Origin: Haliotis rufescens
Taxonomy: Eukaryota
Assembly: GCF_023055435.1 (NCBI RefSeq)
Contig: NW_025964334.1
Location: forward strand, 31,000,001-31,064,000
Length of the DNA stretch: 64,000 bases
Reading direction: 5' to 3'
Below are positions 25,254-37,906 of the stretch, piece by piece. Within the stretch, counting starts at the first letter, position 1; the number at the start of each line of letters is the position of its first letter. Both the position numbers and the translations under genes were made by a program. Under the pieces are notes generated by a model. That model had not been told where the DNA came from. It made no database searches and saw only the letters and a list, made by a program, of their open reading frames with translations.

Positions 25254-26584
25254 TACTCTGCAAAAAATGAAACGCAAAAGTGATTTTAGATGTATATTTT
25301 ATATATCATATAAATAATCAGCAGATGGTAATCGATTGTTCAACATTTGCACACATTCTCATTGACCCAGGTTCCATATGACACTCATGGAACAATAGAT
25401 TTTCAAGGTGAAAGTCATCTTTGCTCAATATCTTGTGTGGCCACCATTAGAGTACAAAACTGACTGGCATCGTTGTCCAATGGAAGCAATCGGATCCGAA
25501 TTGTGGCCTGGGGAATTTCACCCACTCTCCCTGCAGTGTTTGTGCCAACTGTCGATGGTTCTATGGTTGTTGCTGACGTGCTCGTTGATCCAGTGAATCC
25601 CATAATTTCTCAATTGGGTTTAAATCTGGAGAACTGGAGGACCATGGCAGGACATGGATGTTGTGATTCCTGTAAAATGCTGTTTTCAGTGTTGCCGTGT
25701 GAGGTTGGGCGTTGTTTTGTTGGAAATCTGTGAATCTGTGCCATTAAATTCCTTGAACTTGCACCAAGTATGTTCTACCACTGTAGGAGATGGCTGCCCA
25801 CATCATCACACTACCACCACCAAATCTGTCCACTTCCTGTATGCAGTTTTGGGCATAATGTTCCCCCGCAACGCCTGTAAACACGACGTCAACCACCCGC
25901 ACTGCGAAGCATAAAATGTGACTCATCACCAAGCTTGTCTCCATCGCAGTTGTGGCTATACTCTGTGACCTTGACATCATTGACGTTGCAGTCGTCAATG
26001 CAGCTCTATCAAAAGGACCCCTCGAACAGGTAGTCTAGCAAGAATACCTTCAGTGCATAAACGGTTCCTCACTGTCTGGGCTAATATCCAATACAATCCT
26101 CGAATCCTGGTATTGCCACAGTTGTAGAGGTGGCCGTGGTGGTTCTGTGACGTAGCCGTATGAATCTGTCCTGTGCTTGAGTATTGATACGTCTTCGACC
26201 GGACCTGGTGCAAAGATGATTCGCCTGTTTGCAGTCGGCCGATGGCCTTGTTGCGTTGGGCATCCACCGGTCGTGGCATGTTTTCGCTGTTCACTTTCTG
26301 TGAGATTGTGACGGCATGCAAATGAAACCCAACGTTTTCATAGTCCAACTACTGATGTTGCACGTGTATGTCATGTTGGTGTGTTTCGGTGCCAGGCTCT
26401 CACATGTGATGTTTCCATCTTTTCACCAATTTTCAGCAGTACCTCATATTTTTTTTCACACAAATCAATCCCAAACCATTCAGAAATGTAGACTTCATTT
26501 TTGGTTTTAAATTTGTATGGATATCGCAGAACACTATAAAAAAATTATGATTTTACTACTTTTGTGTTTCTTTTTTTGCAGAGA
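25254..26584 (-). mobile_element. Tc1/mariner DNA transposon, decayed (transposase pseudogene)
   Basis: TIRs CTCTGCAAAAAA(T/A)GAAAC(G/A)CAAAAG at both ends; frameshifted transposase motifs AIGRLQTG, RSGR..., QTVRNRL, GGGSVMMWAAIS and SPDLNPIE. Confidence 0.92.
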
Positions 26585-27149
26585 TCATGTTATGTAAACT
26601 TTTGAATCGATGACCACGTCTTTTCAAGCACGGTGCATTTGGGACAAATTGAACCCAAATGACCAGCAGTATTTTCTCATATTGACGTCATTCTATTGTT
26701 TGAACGCTCCATTACTTTTCAGGGGTATTGGGTATTTTTATACCAATTATTGAACGGTTTTTAAAAATACATCATTCTTAAAAAGCTGTTTCATGTGACT
26801 TCTAATTTGTATATCTATGTGATGCCCCAAGTATGTCAGCTCAACACAAGCTTATAATAAGTGATCAATAGCACTTTTCGTACCGCAGCAGAATTAATGT
26901 TTATGTGATGCCTGCATTCAATAAATAAATAATAATATGTGAAGACACTGGTACACAAGCTGAAAAGGCTATATTTGATCATTATGCGCAGCGTTGTCAT
27001 ACTACTGTTTTTCTCATCGGTCTTCGAACGCAAACAACTCAATATTGAGTTGTGGTGATTTATTGTTCGTAAATATACAAATATACAGCTTATCTGGATC
27101 TTTGATCTTAACTATTGAAACTTTTCAATGTTCCAGCAATATCATGGTG

Positions 27150-27500
27150 GAGGACCCCAGAATGGGTTTCACAAGAGGGGAATCGACCCCGGGCTTTCGA
27201 CGCTTTTACTAAGCTGTCAAATGTGTTGCCATTGGGGCATGGACAATTACGATCATTGGTAGTAATCAGCGACGTGCATGCACATGTGTGTGTGGCTGCT
27301 TGTACTAGTCCGAACTATGCCGATTTAAAGTGCTCGCCCACTAAGATACCATGCCGCAGTTTAACATGAATACCCTACTCAGGCACAGTATGCCGACTCC
27401 GAGCCGAACAGTACTTGTTTTAGCCCCTTAATGCAGAGCGCCAGGGAGGGTAATAACACGTACCATGTTTTAACGCACTACCACTAGGCCATTGAGGCGG
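27150..27500 (-). mobile_element. SINE family D, diverged
   Basis: Minus strand CCGCCTCAATGGCCTAGTGGTAG...GCATTAAGGGGCTAAAAC...GGCTCGGAGTCGG. Confidence 0.7.
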
Positions 27501-27607
27501 ACTCTGTGTGTAAACAATCAGTGGTTGATAGCACGAACAACACATTCCATCAGGACATATTCCATCCACTTTTCCTCAATGTCACCCACTGAATGTACCA
27601 CTCGACT

Positions 27608-28220
27608 CGTTAGTGAGTTGCGTTTTGTGCCGCTTTTAGAAACACTACAGCAACATCACAGCAGGGGCCACCAGAAATGGAATTAACATGTTGTACCCAT
27701 TTGAACAATCAAACTCGAGCCTTCGGCATCACCATCGAACACTTTCACCTCAAGAGAGTGAGTGAGTTGGGTTTAATGCCGCTTTTAACAGTATTCCAGG
27801 TATATGACGGCCTGTCAGCTTAATGTGGGATACCGCCTCCGTCGTCTAGTGGTAGAGCGTCCGCCCGGAGAGCGGAAGGTCCGGGGTTCGATCCCCGCGG
27901 CGTCATACCAAAAGACGTTATACGGTGGTATTTGTTGTTACCTTGTCTGGTACTCGGCATTAAGGAGTGGTTGGCTCGGACCCCATTTCACCTCACTTCA
28001 CTTATAATGTGGGAGGAAAGCCCAAGGTGATGCAGGTCTCAGACGTTTACCACTTCGGTGAAACCCACGAGCACGGGTAAGGTGCTGACAAACCCAGAAA
28101 CATAATCGGGGCGAATAGGTTTCTGGCGTGTCCAAGGGACGCAACTCTGCACAGCGAATCGCGGTGCCTTAGACGCCTGGGCCACCCTTGACCCCCTTTC
28201 ACCTCAAGGCTATCCCAATG
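27608..28220. mobile_element. Triple-nested SINEs: C(-) containing A(-) containing D(+)
   Basis: TSD CTTTCACCTCAAG at 27742-27754 and 28196-28208 around A; TSD TAATGTGGGA at 27821-27830 and 28005-28014 around D. Confidence 0.85.
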
Positions 28221-28455
28221 GACAAGAGAACATATGATCATGATGTTGTGTTTTGTCAACAGAATGAGATTTCATAAAGAGCCAGCAGAAGAATTTTCCA
28301 AACATTTTATTACAGACAATAATCAAACATTCGGGGAACAATTTCATGGGATATCCTTATTTGGCATGTGGAAGTTTGGTCAACAAAGATAGGATTGTCT
28401 TTCATCACTAACACAGGACATAAACATACCACACACAGATAGTAACTGGCTCCAT

Positions 28456-28720
28456 AGAAGCGATATTTGGCTAACTGTAGAAGAGATGTTTGGCTAGAAT
28501 TCTAGAAGTGATATTTGGCTATGATTCTGGAAGAGATGTTTGGCTACAACCGTAGAAGTGATGTGTGGCAACAACCATAGATGTGATGTTTGGCTACTAC
28601 CGTAGAAGTGATGTTTGGCTACAACTGTAAAAGTGATGTTTGGCTACAACCGTAGTAGTGATGTTTTGCTACTTAGAAGTGATGTTTTGCTACACCTGTA
28701 GAAGTAATGTTTGGCTGCAA
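28456..28720. repeat. Minisatellite, ~25-bp unit (TAGAAGTGATGTTTGGCTACAACCG) x ~11
   Basis: Read directly; degenerate copies. Confidence 0.88.
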
Positions 28721-28885
28721 ATCTAAGTAAAAGTATAACATGAACTATCAAAACCATGTTCATGAAACAATATGATTAAAAAATGTTGCAAAACATGTAA
28801 GATTAACAAAAGGAATATATGTATACAAAACATGACCCATAAAACACACCATGTAAACAAAATCTATCATTCTTTCATGCTCACA

Positions 28886-29151
28886 TGACCCGTGAAGATC
28901 CGTGGTAGAACTGGTCTTCAGCAACCCATGCTTGCCGTAAAAGGCGACTATGCTTGTCGCAAGAGGCGACTAACGGGATCGGGTGGTCAGGCTTGCTGAC
29001 TTGGATGATACATGTCACCGATCCCAATTGCGTAGATCGATGCTCATGATGTCAATCACTGGATTGTCTGGTCCTGACTCGATTATTTTACAGACCACCG
29101 TCATATAGCTGGAACATTGCTGAGTGCGGCATTAAACAACAAACAAACAAA
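28886..29151 (+). mobile_element. Retroposon family B full length (non-tRNA head, (CAAA)n tail) with 11-bp TSD
   Basis: TSD TCATGCTCACA at 28875-28885 and 29152-29162; no recognisable A/B boxes. Confidence 0.92.
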
Positions 29152-29999
29152 TCATGCTCACACAAGATGGTTACCAGCTCACATGGCATCTGAGTATTCT
29201 GGCACTGTAAACCGCCATGTATTTCTGGTTCCGGCAAAACTTACTTAAAAAATCATGATTTAAACTCAGAATACTCAAGAATCGGTCTTTCAGATTCCAA
29301 CACTTACAACATGTACAATTGATGTCAATCACCAATTTCATCTCTTTCTCTCTCTATAGGTACTGCATGGGACAATAGAGAAAAATTGCAAGACATCACT
29401 TTCAAACCCTGTTGGAATGGTCGAGGCATAGTATTTCTTATTTTTCCATTTATTTCAAACCTGGTAAAACTGATCACATAAAATTAGTTTATTTCTTTAT
29501 ATTTTATCACTGTTAGGAATACATGGGAGAATATTCTTTTTATGAACATCCGTACCTAACAACTGGCACTGAAATACATACATGTCAAATAAAAACCAGC
29601 CTGCTAGTCTGTGTCAAAAAACATAATTAAAGGGCTAAAAAATAGCCTCTAGTCCCATTTGCTAGTTCGCCTCAAAGAAAACCTGAGAGACAAAACTTGT
29701 TCACCCCCTCCGTTTATAATCAAAAGACATTATAAAATATCATTTCTATCAGTATCAATAGATACCAGGAAAATGTAAATCCAACACTTCTTTATTTTCT
29801 GATCTTTTTACATACATGTATCTCCATATCACATTTATCTGATTTTGATCAATGCCCAACGTAGTAGCAATAGCTTCTGAAGTGTTGGTACAAGAACACT
29901 GTACTCACTGTGTGCTCCTCCAATTGTTACGACGACTGAGTCATGTCCCATGATGCACAGAGGAAAAGGAAGCAGAGGGTTGTCAATTAACTGCTGCCA

Positions 30000-30194
30000 T
30001 AGAAGGGTTACAAAACCTGTCTTTGGAAAATCAATTCCGGTTTCTAAATTTCAATATGAGTTTGTCAATTTGTAAACAAAAGTAAATGCATTTTGTCAGA
30101 ATTCTGTTTTTTCCAGGTGCATATTAGAAGGGTTACAAAACCTATCTTTTGTAAATCAATTCCGTTTTCTAAATTTCAATATGAGTTTGTCAAT
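30000..30194. repeat. Local direct duplication (~70 bp, offset 125)
   Basis: TAGAAGGGTTACAAAACCT...ATGAGTTTGTCAAT occurs twice. Confidence 0.85.
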
Positions 30195-30229
30195 ATGAGG
30201 AGTCAGTCAGAATACCCTGTTTTAACGTT

Positions 30230-30395
30230 TTCGAGGTTGCATGATTAGAAAACACATTCCGACTGTCACTTTCATGATCTGGTAAGCAATGCTTTGATTG
30301 GTCGGATGAAAGGTCGTTCTGAAGTGACCCGTAATGGGACGTCCTCAGATCTTTGTTAAGCGGTAGCTAGATCTGAGATCTGAATTTAATGAGAT
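30230..30395. repeat. Dispersed repeat, also at ~34510-34675 and inverted at ~48888-49136
   Basis: GCATGATTAGAA...GATTGGTCGGATGAA...GTCCTCAGATCTTTG shared between copies. Confidence 0.8.
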
Positions 30396-30710
30396 TGAAC
30401 ATGCAGCAACACGAGGAAGACTAGAAGTATGTGAAAGTGAATGTTGTAGCTGGATCAAACAGGACAGTTGGTAAGACAGACAATGCACCACGCCATAAGC
30501 TCACTTGACGTTCAATCAGGTTAGCTTAGAATAAGAGCCATTTTCTTTAACAAATAAAAAAGGAACATGGATGAAAGAATTAAAAAAAAAACAGGACCAG
30601 TGTACTGGATTTCATGTTTTCATGATTAAACATCCTGACAAAATTTAAATTGTGGCAAACAGCTCATGTCTAGCCTCATTTATTTAGAGGATGCTGTCTG
30701 CAGGGTTCAC

Positions 30711-31038
30711 TCTAGGATTGTTCTGACATGGGCCCATTATGTGAAAATTTCAAATATTCCAGAGGTACACCCACACTTGCCCATACAGCACAATCTTAAA
30801 ATCCCCCATTGTATTTCAAAATGTGGGCCTTTTTTCAAATTTAGGGGCTAAAAGCACAAGGCCCCACCCTAGAATTTCTGACATGGGCCCTTTATGTGAA
30901 AATTTCATATATTCCAGAGGTACAACCACACTTGCCCATACTATGCATACAGCACAATGTTAAAATGCCCCATATATTTGAAAATATGGGCCTTTTTTCA
31001 AATTTAGGGGCTAAAAGCACAAGGCCCCACCCTAGAAT
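30711..31038. repeat. Tandem duplication of ~160 bp
   Basis: TTCTGACATGGGCCC...AAGGCCCCACCCTAGAATT occurs twice. Confidence 0.88.
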
Positions 31039-31284
31039 TACCCATGCACTGTCATATATCTGGAATACCAAGGAACTAAACAAACAAACAAACAAACAAA
31101 CATTATACATATAACTACAGCATTACTGCGAAACGTTTCTGCCCTATGAAACAGTTTATAGCCAATTATGTACAAAAAAAGGTCATTTTAGATTGCCTGA
31201 GAGATTCAATTACTTATTCATTGTTATCAATGAATATGGATCTTCTTTGGAGAAAACACAATGGTTTCACCTGAAATTAATCGA

Positions 31285-31556
31285 GTGAGTGAGTGAGTGA
31301 GTGAGTGAGTGAGTGAGTTGGGTTTAACGGCGCTTTTAACATTATTCCAGTTACATCACGGCGTGTCAGCTTAATGTGGGAGGAAAGCCCGAAGTGATGC
31401 AGGTCTCAGACGTTTACCACTTCTGTGAAACCCACGAGCACGGGTATGGTGCTGACAAACCTAGAAACATAATCGGGGCGAACCGGGATTCGAACCCACA
31501 ATCATAGGTTTCTGGCATGTCCAGAGACGCAACTCTGCACAGCGAATAACGGCGCC
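31285..31556 (-). mobile_element. SINE family A, slightly 5'-truncated, with 12-bp TSD
   Basis: TSD GAAATTAATCGA at 31273-31284 and 31557-31568; long (GTGA)n tail. Confidence 0.92.
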
Positions 31557-31854
31557 GAAATTAATCGAAATATAAGACATAGATAGAAAGGAAATTTTAC
31601 AAGAAATCCTTTTCAAAATAAAATTGAAACTTTGAGCTTTCCCAACCTGCAGAACATCATAAATAAAATCTCTTTCAACCTCAGTGGTTAATGTAATTTA
31701 AGTTAACTACAACTCTCTGGACTAGCTGACTATTTGCCATATCTAACTCTGTGTCTGTATAAACATGGTATAAAAGTAATAAATGCACACTTTCATCAAA
31801 TTTCAGAAAACTGGAATATTTGAACACTCACTTCATGACTAAACAGGTCAGGTG

Positions 31855-32218
31855 CAGGGATTTATCTAGGGTTCTAAATTAAGTGCCCTTGTCAGGCAAA
31901 TTGGGAAAAAGTGATCATTTGGGCAAATAGGGATTTATTTTATTGTTATATTTCTTTCTAATTCTGAGGTATTTCAACAATGTACTTTCATACTGTATTC
32001 AATGCAACAATGCAAATCTAAGCATTAAAAAGCCTCTTCCTCTTCATTGGTCCTGATAATTTCAGTGAAATACAATCAACCCTACAAAGCCATAAAATTA
32101 GTTTTACTGCATTAGCATGAACTGGGAAATGGTGAATGCTAATTTTGGAAATTTCACAGACATTTGCTGGAGATTTTGGGCCAATATTGGCCTCTGACTA
32201 GGAGTAGATAAATCCCTG
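31855..32218. mobile_element. MITE with CAGGGATTTATCTA terminal inverted repeats (hAT-like ends)
   Basis: 14-bp perfect TIR; a related inverted partial copy ends at ~21543. Confidence 0.7.
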
Positions 32219-32309
32219 CAGATGTCATGGATACTCCATCATGCTTGTACATGTTAAACAGAGCACAGAAATACAAAGCAGTGATAATCTTAAGAGAACT
32301 GTGAAGCTA

Positions 32310-33409
32310 TTAGAGTTTGTGTTCACTCAGAAAGTGTGCAGTAAAGTCATATTTGTCCTTCAACAGTTTTCCACAGATATTGCAACAGCGGCAGTCCATC
32401 TTGTCGTGCATGCTGCGATGAAGGTGGTACATTGCCGCATCCTGGAATATCACACAACAGAAGTCACAGCGGAATATATCATCCCGCGACATCATGTGAC
32501 GTATCAAATCTTCCGACGAGAAGTCCACCAGAGAGATCCGATTGTTTGTCCGAATCTGACTCTGAACATGACTAGAGTTGAAGCCCGAGGATAACCTTGA
32601 CCCATACGACCTTGACCCTAGATGTCGGGACGGGGAATGTCCAAGAAGGGACTGTCGCAATGCTTGTGTAGGAATTCCGATGTCAGAGCTGGAGTGATTA
32701 CTGTCGCTTGTGACACTCACGTTATCAGTATCGTCAGCACCTTTCACAATCTTATGTTCAGATGCGATTTCAACAGAGTCGTTCTGATCAGTTTTAGGGA
32801 TGATGCTGTATCTTTGGGATGATGGGAATACTGGCTGGTTGCCTCCATCCGACAGAGGACTTTTGGAGACAGGATGAAGAGGAATCTTACCTTCCAACCA
32901 CTTGTCTGATTGACTTGCGATGAGACTGTCTGTATCTGTCTCCAGATCTTCCACTTCTGTCTTGATCATCGTCTGAATATCAAGTTCAGGTTCCATCTTC
33001 CGTACAAATGCTGGTTTCCTTCTCCGCGTTGATGAGGGTAAGGGAGACAACTCTGTCTGATCCCCTCCATCCACAACCAAGTCCCGAACCAACTCAGGTT
33101 CTACCACTCCGGTGCCCATGGTCAGTTCTGTTGTTGACCATGTTCCACCCTCCTCCAACATGTGCTGTTGAATGTGTTGTTCAAGACGTTGTTTTCGGCA
33201 GAAGCCCATCTTGCAGATGTTACAGGAGTAGGGTTTTTCTCCTGTGTGTATGCGTTTGTGGCCATTGAGGTGAGATGACTGGGCGAAGCGTTTGTTGCAG
33301 ATGTGACAGGCATATGGTTTCTCACCTGTGTGAGTTCGTTTGTGGATGATCAGGTGAGCTCTCTGTGTGAATCGCTTATTGCACACATTGCAGCCATGAG
33401 GACGTTCAC
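32310..33409 (-). CDS. Ikaros/Hunchback-type C2H2 zinc-finger protein, last coding exon (fingers 2-4 plus C-terminal double finger)
   Basis: Acceptor TTCAG|GTGAA (TGERP linker); three C2H2 fingers with TGEKP linkers; C-terminal FRCDFCCVIFQDAAMYHLHRSMH...CNICGKLLKDKYDFTAHFLSEH. Confidence 0.93.
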
Positions 33410-33578
33410 CTGAAGATGATAACACACAACATTTATGACCCATGCTTATTATGCAGTGATTTAGTTTGCTGTAATGCTGTCATTAACGACATTCTAGCAC
33501 CTCTCATCATAAAGCGCCACTGCCGATATGGCTGTTCGAAAAAAGGGTACTCGATTAAACATTAACATAGAGGCCAAC

Positions 33579-33693
33579 CTGTGTGTGTGCGCTGATGTTC
33601 AAGGAGGCTGGCTGGGGAAGACAGGTGCTTGCCACAAGTAGTGCATCTCAGGCGGTCATTCCCTCCATCAATCTGTTCAGCCTTCAGTTCCAT
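33579..33693 (-). CDS. Same zinc-finger gene, upstream coding exon (finger 1)
   Basis: Acceptor TTTTTAG| at 33702; MELKAEQIDGGNDRLRCTTCGKHLSSPASLLEHQRTHT; donor CAG|GTTGG in phase 1, in frame with the next exon; total 404 aa if this ATG is the start. Confidence 0.88.
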
Positions 33694-36600
33694 GATTGAG
33701 TCTAAAAAAACCCAAAATACTTAAATGATTAATATTACAATTTGACTTATCTATCAAAATAAACACTTCGACATTTGTTCATGTGTGATTATAATCAGAA
33801 ACCGTAAAACAAATTATGGTCTCTGTAATGATTGATACATGGTTGTTGCAACCAGGTACATGTTGTCAAATTAGATGCCTTTATGATGAACATGATATTG
33901 CTAAATGTTTTATGCCATACCAACGCTCCTATATAGTGTAAGTAAACCACTAGCAAAAGTTAGATCTCGCCCAAAAATCATGATGTATTTTCAGAACTGA
34001 CAAACTGAGTAGAAATTCCATTTTCTTTCGTCACAACCACAATATTTGTATGATCTTGTAACCAACCTTAACCAGAAGACGATGTTGGTTTTCTTTCATC
34101 AAACTATGGTGCCGTTATTGTTAATACAATGACACAACAGTCGACATTCTATAACTTAATCGTATGCTCTCCATCTGAATCCCGGAAGTTGGGTCTTGCT
34201 ATCAAGGGGACGTCACTCTCATATTTTGTAAAGGTTCAATCTCCTCACAGCGATAGCCCTTCAGCGGAGCTCTCTTTACTGAAATATTCTCTTTTTCATA
34301 AATAGGTGTTTAGTATTGCTTGTTTGAATGAGTGAACCACTGTTTCTTATTGGATTTGAAAGGTTTTGTGCAAACGATATTTCTCATTGCTTCCAGGTGT
34401 GTTTTGTTAAAAGGGCACACATTTACATAATATATGATTGTCAGGTAAATATCTCCAGCACTCAGTCGAAAAACAAAACATCCGATTATGTGAAAACACA
34501 TACCGGTACTTTTCGAGGCTGCATGATTAGAAGTCACATGCCGACTGTCACTTTCATGATCTGGTAAGCGACGCTCTGATTGGTCGGATGAAAGTTTGTT
34601 CTGACGTGACCCCTAATGGGATGTCCTCAGATCTTTGTTTAGCGGAAGCGAGAACTAACTTCTGATTTTAATGAGAATGGGGTAAGAGTAGGTCCCCTGT
34701 GCTGGTCGTATGTAGCGACTGAATTGGTTAGTTGTCAAGCTATAGTTGACTTGGTTTTTGCGCATGTCATCGTATCCCAATTGCGTGTGTCAGTGCTCAT
34801 TATGTCAATCACTGAATTGTCTGAGTGTGGCATTAACATCAAACAAACATATTGCCACATGTATTCGTTTAACCATAACAACAACTGCCTAAAAAATTAG
34901 TCAGAACATTAAGTTAGGTTGTTGCGTACGTTCTCTCAAATGTTTTGGTCACTATAACCAATTCCGACAAACCAAAATCTGGATTCGGCCCTGAGAACAG
35001 TTAACCTATTGTGGAGAAAAAGGGGGAAGATGAAAGCACTTTTCCTTCGTGTGAGTCAAAACAAGACATACGTCGAAATAATGGTTCGTCAAGGGATCCT
35101 CCCTATAATTGACAGATGGCTGATGTAGAAATGAGTGAGTTTTCTCAGTTCGCTCCATTTCGAAAAGCATTTCAGTTATTTCACGGCATGTCAACATAAT
35201 GTAGGATAGCCGGAAATGAGGCAGGCCTTTATCAATCGGTGAAAGCACCGAACACTTTTATGGTACTGGCAAACCGAGAAAAATAATAGGGTCGAATCTG
35301 TATGGGATTCGAACCTATGACCATAGGTTTCTGGCTCACCAAAAGATTGAAATCTGAACATCGAACTGCAGCGCCTCAGACGACTGGGACGACAGTATCC
35401 CAGTAGGAGTGGGTGAGTGAGTACGAAGGCCCCATGTGACACCTGCAAATATACAGATGTTTGCCACTGACGGTACACACACACCTCTACGTTGGCGATC
35501 TTCTTTATGCACGTGAATATACGCATACACTTCCTTGATAATACCCTTGACACCAGTAATATCTCCCCGACTCTATCCGGGTAAGATTGCTCTTAATATA
35601 CCATTGCCAGCGAGGGAGATTCCCCTGAATAACCGGTGCCATAAATGTAATATCTCCAAAAGCTCCCTACACTTATCAGTGCTATTATTCTCTGTAAATA
35701 TCAATTATCTCGAGTTTGTTTACTTAATATAGGCGAAATATCACCAATCAACATTTTAACATAAACAGAACTTTAGTGAAATAAAAATAGAGTTAGAATT
35801 CGTTTTGATCTCTTTGATACTCGTAAATGACTGCATTCAGTTTACATGAGATCGAATAACGCTTACCAGTCCTGCTGGGAACAGACGTGATACCAAATTA
35901 AAACCTGGTAAATTCTTAAGATTTGACACTTTTAATTGTTAATTGTCCTCAAATTACGCCAGCAACTTCATTGTCCCGTTAAAAGCATTATTTTGGTTAA
36001 ATGAATTGTTTTTGCTAATGGAAACAATTTGGAGGACGGTTTCTCTTGACCATACGTTACATTCGTAAAAGTTATTTTTAATTATATTGTAATATTTTCA
36101 AATTAGTTATGACAGTGTGTCAACCTGGAAGAGATTTGTCCATATGTACATGCTTTCAGCCACTGGTTTGTCTGGTCTACATTTGTTTATTGACAGGCTG
36201 CGCTATAGCTGACAACCGTGATGTACCATCAACTTCAAACTGGCTCATACAGTTAATTTTATCCTGAATTGTGCTCCCACCCAGATAACAACAGACTTTG
36301 TGTGATGTGGTAGACATTTTAATAGCAGTGACAACAATCCAAGAACACAAAGTAAGTTCCATTGGTCTTAACATCAAATCAAAACATTCAATAGCATGTG
36401 AAATATATGTGTAAAATCACAGTTATATTTCGGTTGGAGATATGTTCTAATAACAAAAAATATATATGAATACATATTAACAACAAAAAAATGTCAGAAA
36501 TCCTGGAATGTCACAACACACATCTATTACACATTCAAACCACTCAATATTTTAAAAACTACATCATATTCACACACAAACTGAACAAAATGACAACAAT

Positions 36601-37268
36601 TAAAAATTGTCACTCATGGCAAGATCAAATCCTTTTAATGCCAGACCCGTTTATTTTTCTACCAATTTCTTGACATCTCATTGTAAGATATTAAAGAAAC
36701 AAACATTTGTGAAACAATACATTTTTAAACAGAACAGGGTATAATTAGAAGAGTTCAGTCGACTTAAAAAGTAATTCCTTCTGGGTTATTGAAAGTCATT
36801 CATTTAGACAATCTAGATCTTTTTGCAAAAATTAATCCATAAATCTAGATCTTTTCGATCAAATTATATTGAGTAATGTATTTGTGAAATAACTATTTAT
36901 GTTTTTCTGTTTCCCTTGAGCTGTCAGTTTTATCAATGACCTGGTCCACTTGCACAAAGCATTCTTAGTGTTTTGACTATCAAAAGTCTATGTTAAAGTA
37001 TGCGAGTTACAATTGTCGAACAACTGAGACTGTTTAGTGCAAATGGACCCTGATCACATTCTAACTTACTTTAACACAATTTGGAGCATAAAATCAGATT
37101 ATTGTTATTCTTATGTCAGATTGGTGAATAGTTTTTTCATAAAACATCTCTCTCATTATTCACAGCACTAATCTGGATGGCCGTAATACCCGTCGTCATG
37201 AAGATTAATTTGTTTTAACCCAGTATTTATATCACAGCATCTCAGCTTGATGTGGTTGAAAAGCCTGA

Positions 37269-37560
37269 GTGAGTGAGTGAGTGAGTGAGTGAGTTGGGCT
37301 TAACACCGCTTTTAACACTATTACAGTTATATCGCGGCGTGTCAGCTTGATGTGGGAGGAGAGACCGAAGTGATGCAGGTCTCAGACTTTTACCACTTCG
37401 GTGAAACCCATGAGCACGGGTAAGGTGCTGACAAACCTAGAAACATAATCAGGGCGAACCGGGATTCGAAACCTTAATCATAAGTTTCTGGTGCGCCCAA
37501 GGGACGCAACTCTGCACAGCGAATAACTGCGCCTTAGATGACTGGGCCACCTGTGCCCCC
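37269..37560 (-). mobile_element. SINE family A full length, inserted in an older family A copy
   Basis: TSD TGAAAAGCCTGA at 37257-37268 and 37561-37572; host copy spans ~37210-37655. Confidence 0.9.
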
Positions 37561-37906
37561 TGAAAAGCCTGAAGCGATGCAGGTCTTAAATGTTCATCAT
37601 GAAGTCCATGGGTATAGTGCTGACAAACCTAGAAACATACAGAGAGCGAACCAGTTTAACAAAACCACATTTGTTCATCATGTGCAACTATTCTGCAGGA
37701 AACAGCTGGAATGTGCTTCCCTAATATGATTTGTATGTTTACATTAAAAAGTCAGTTTATGATAGTGATATTATACATTATAGCTAAAATGAATAGAATT
37801 ATCATTAAACCGCCCGCATGTTATCAGAAATTATATCTAAAACGGACAGATGGTCGATATTGTTGTTTCTTTTTATTTGATAACAAATTCCATCCATTTT
37901 AGCTAT

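Noticed and set aside
33410-33443. ORF-track start MGHKCCVLSSS for the zinc-finger protein
   Set aside because: Intronic; the acceptor at 33410 and an upstream exon completing the HTGERP linker explain the frame better
35861-36200. Non-coding first exon of the zinc-finger gene (donor CTG|GTAAGC at 35866) and BPL_N poly(A) signal at ~36186
   Set aside because: Plausible but supported only by short motifs; needs transcript data
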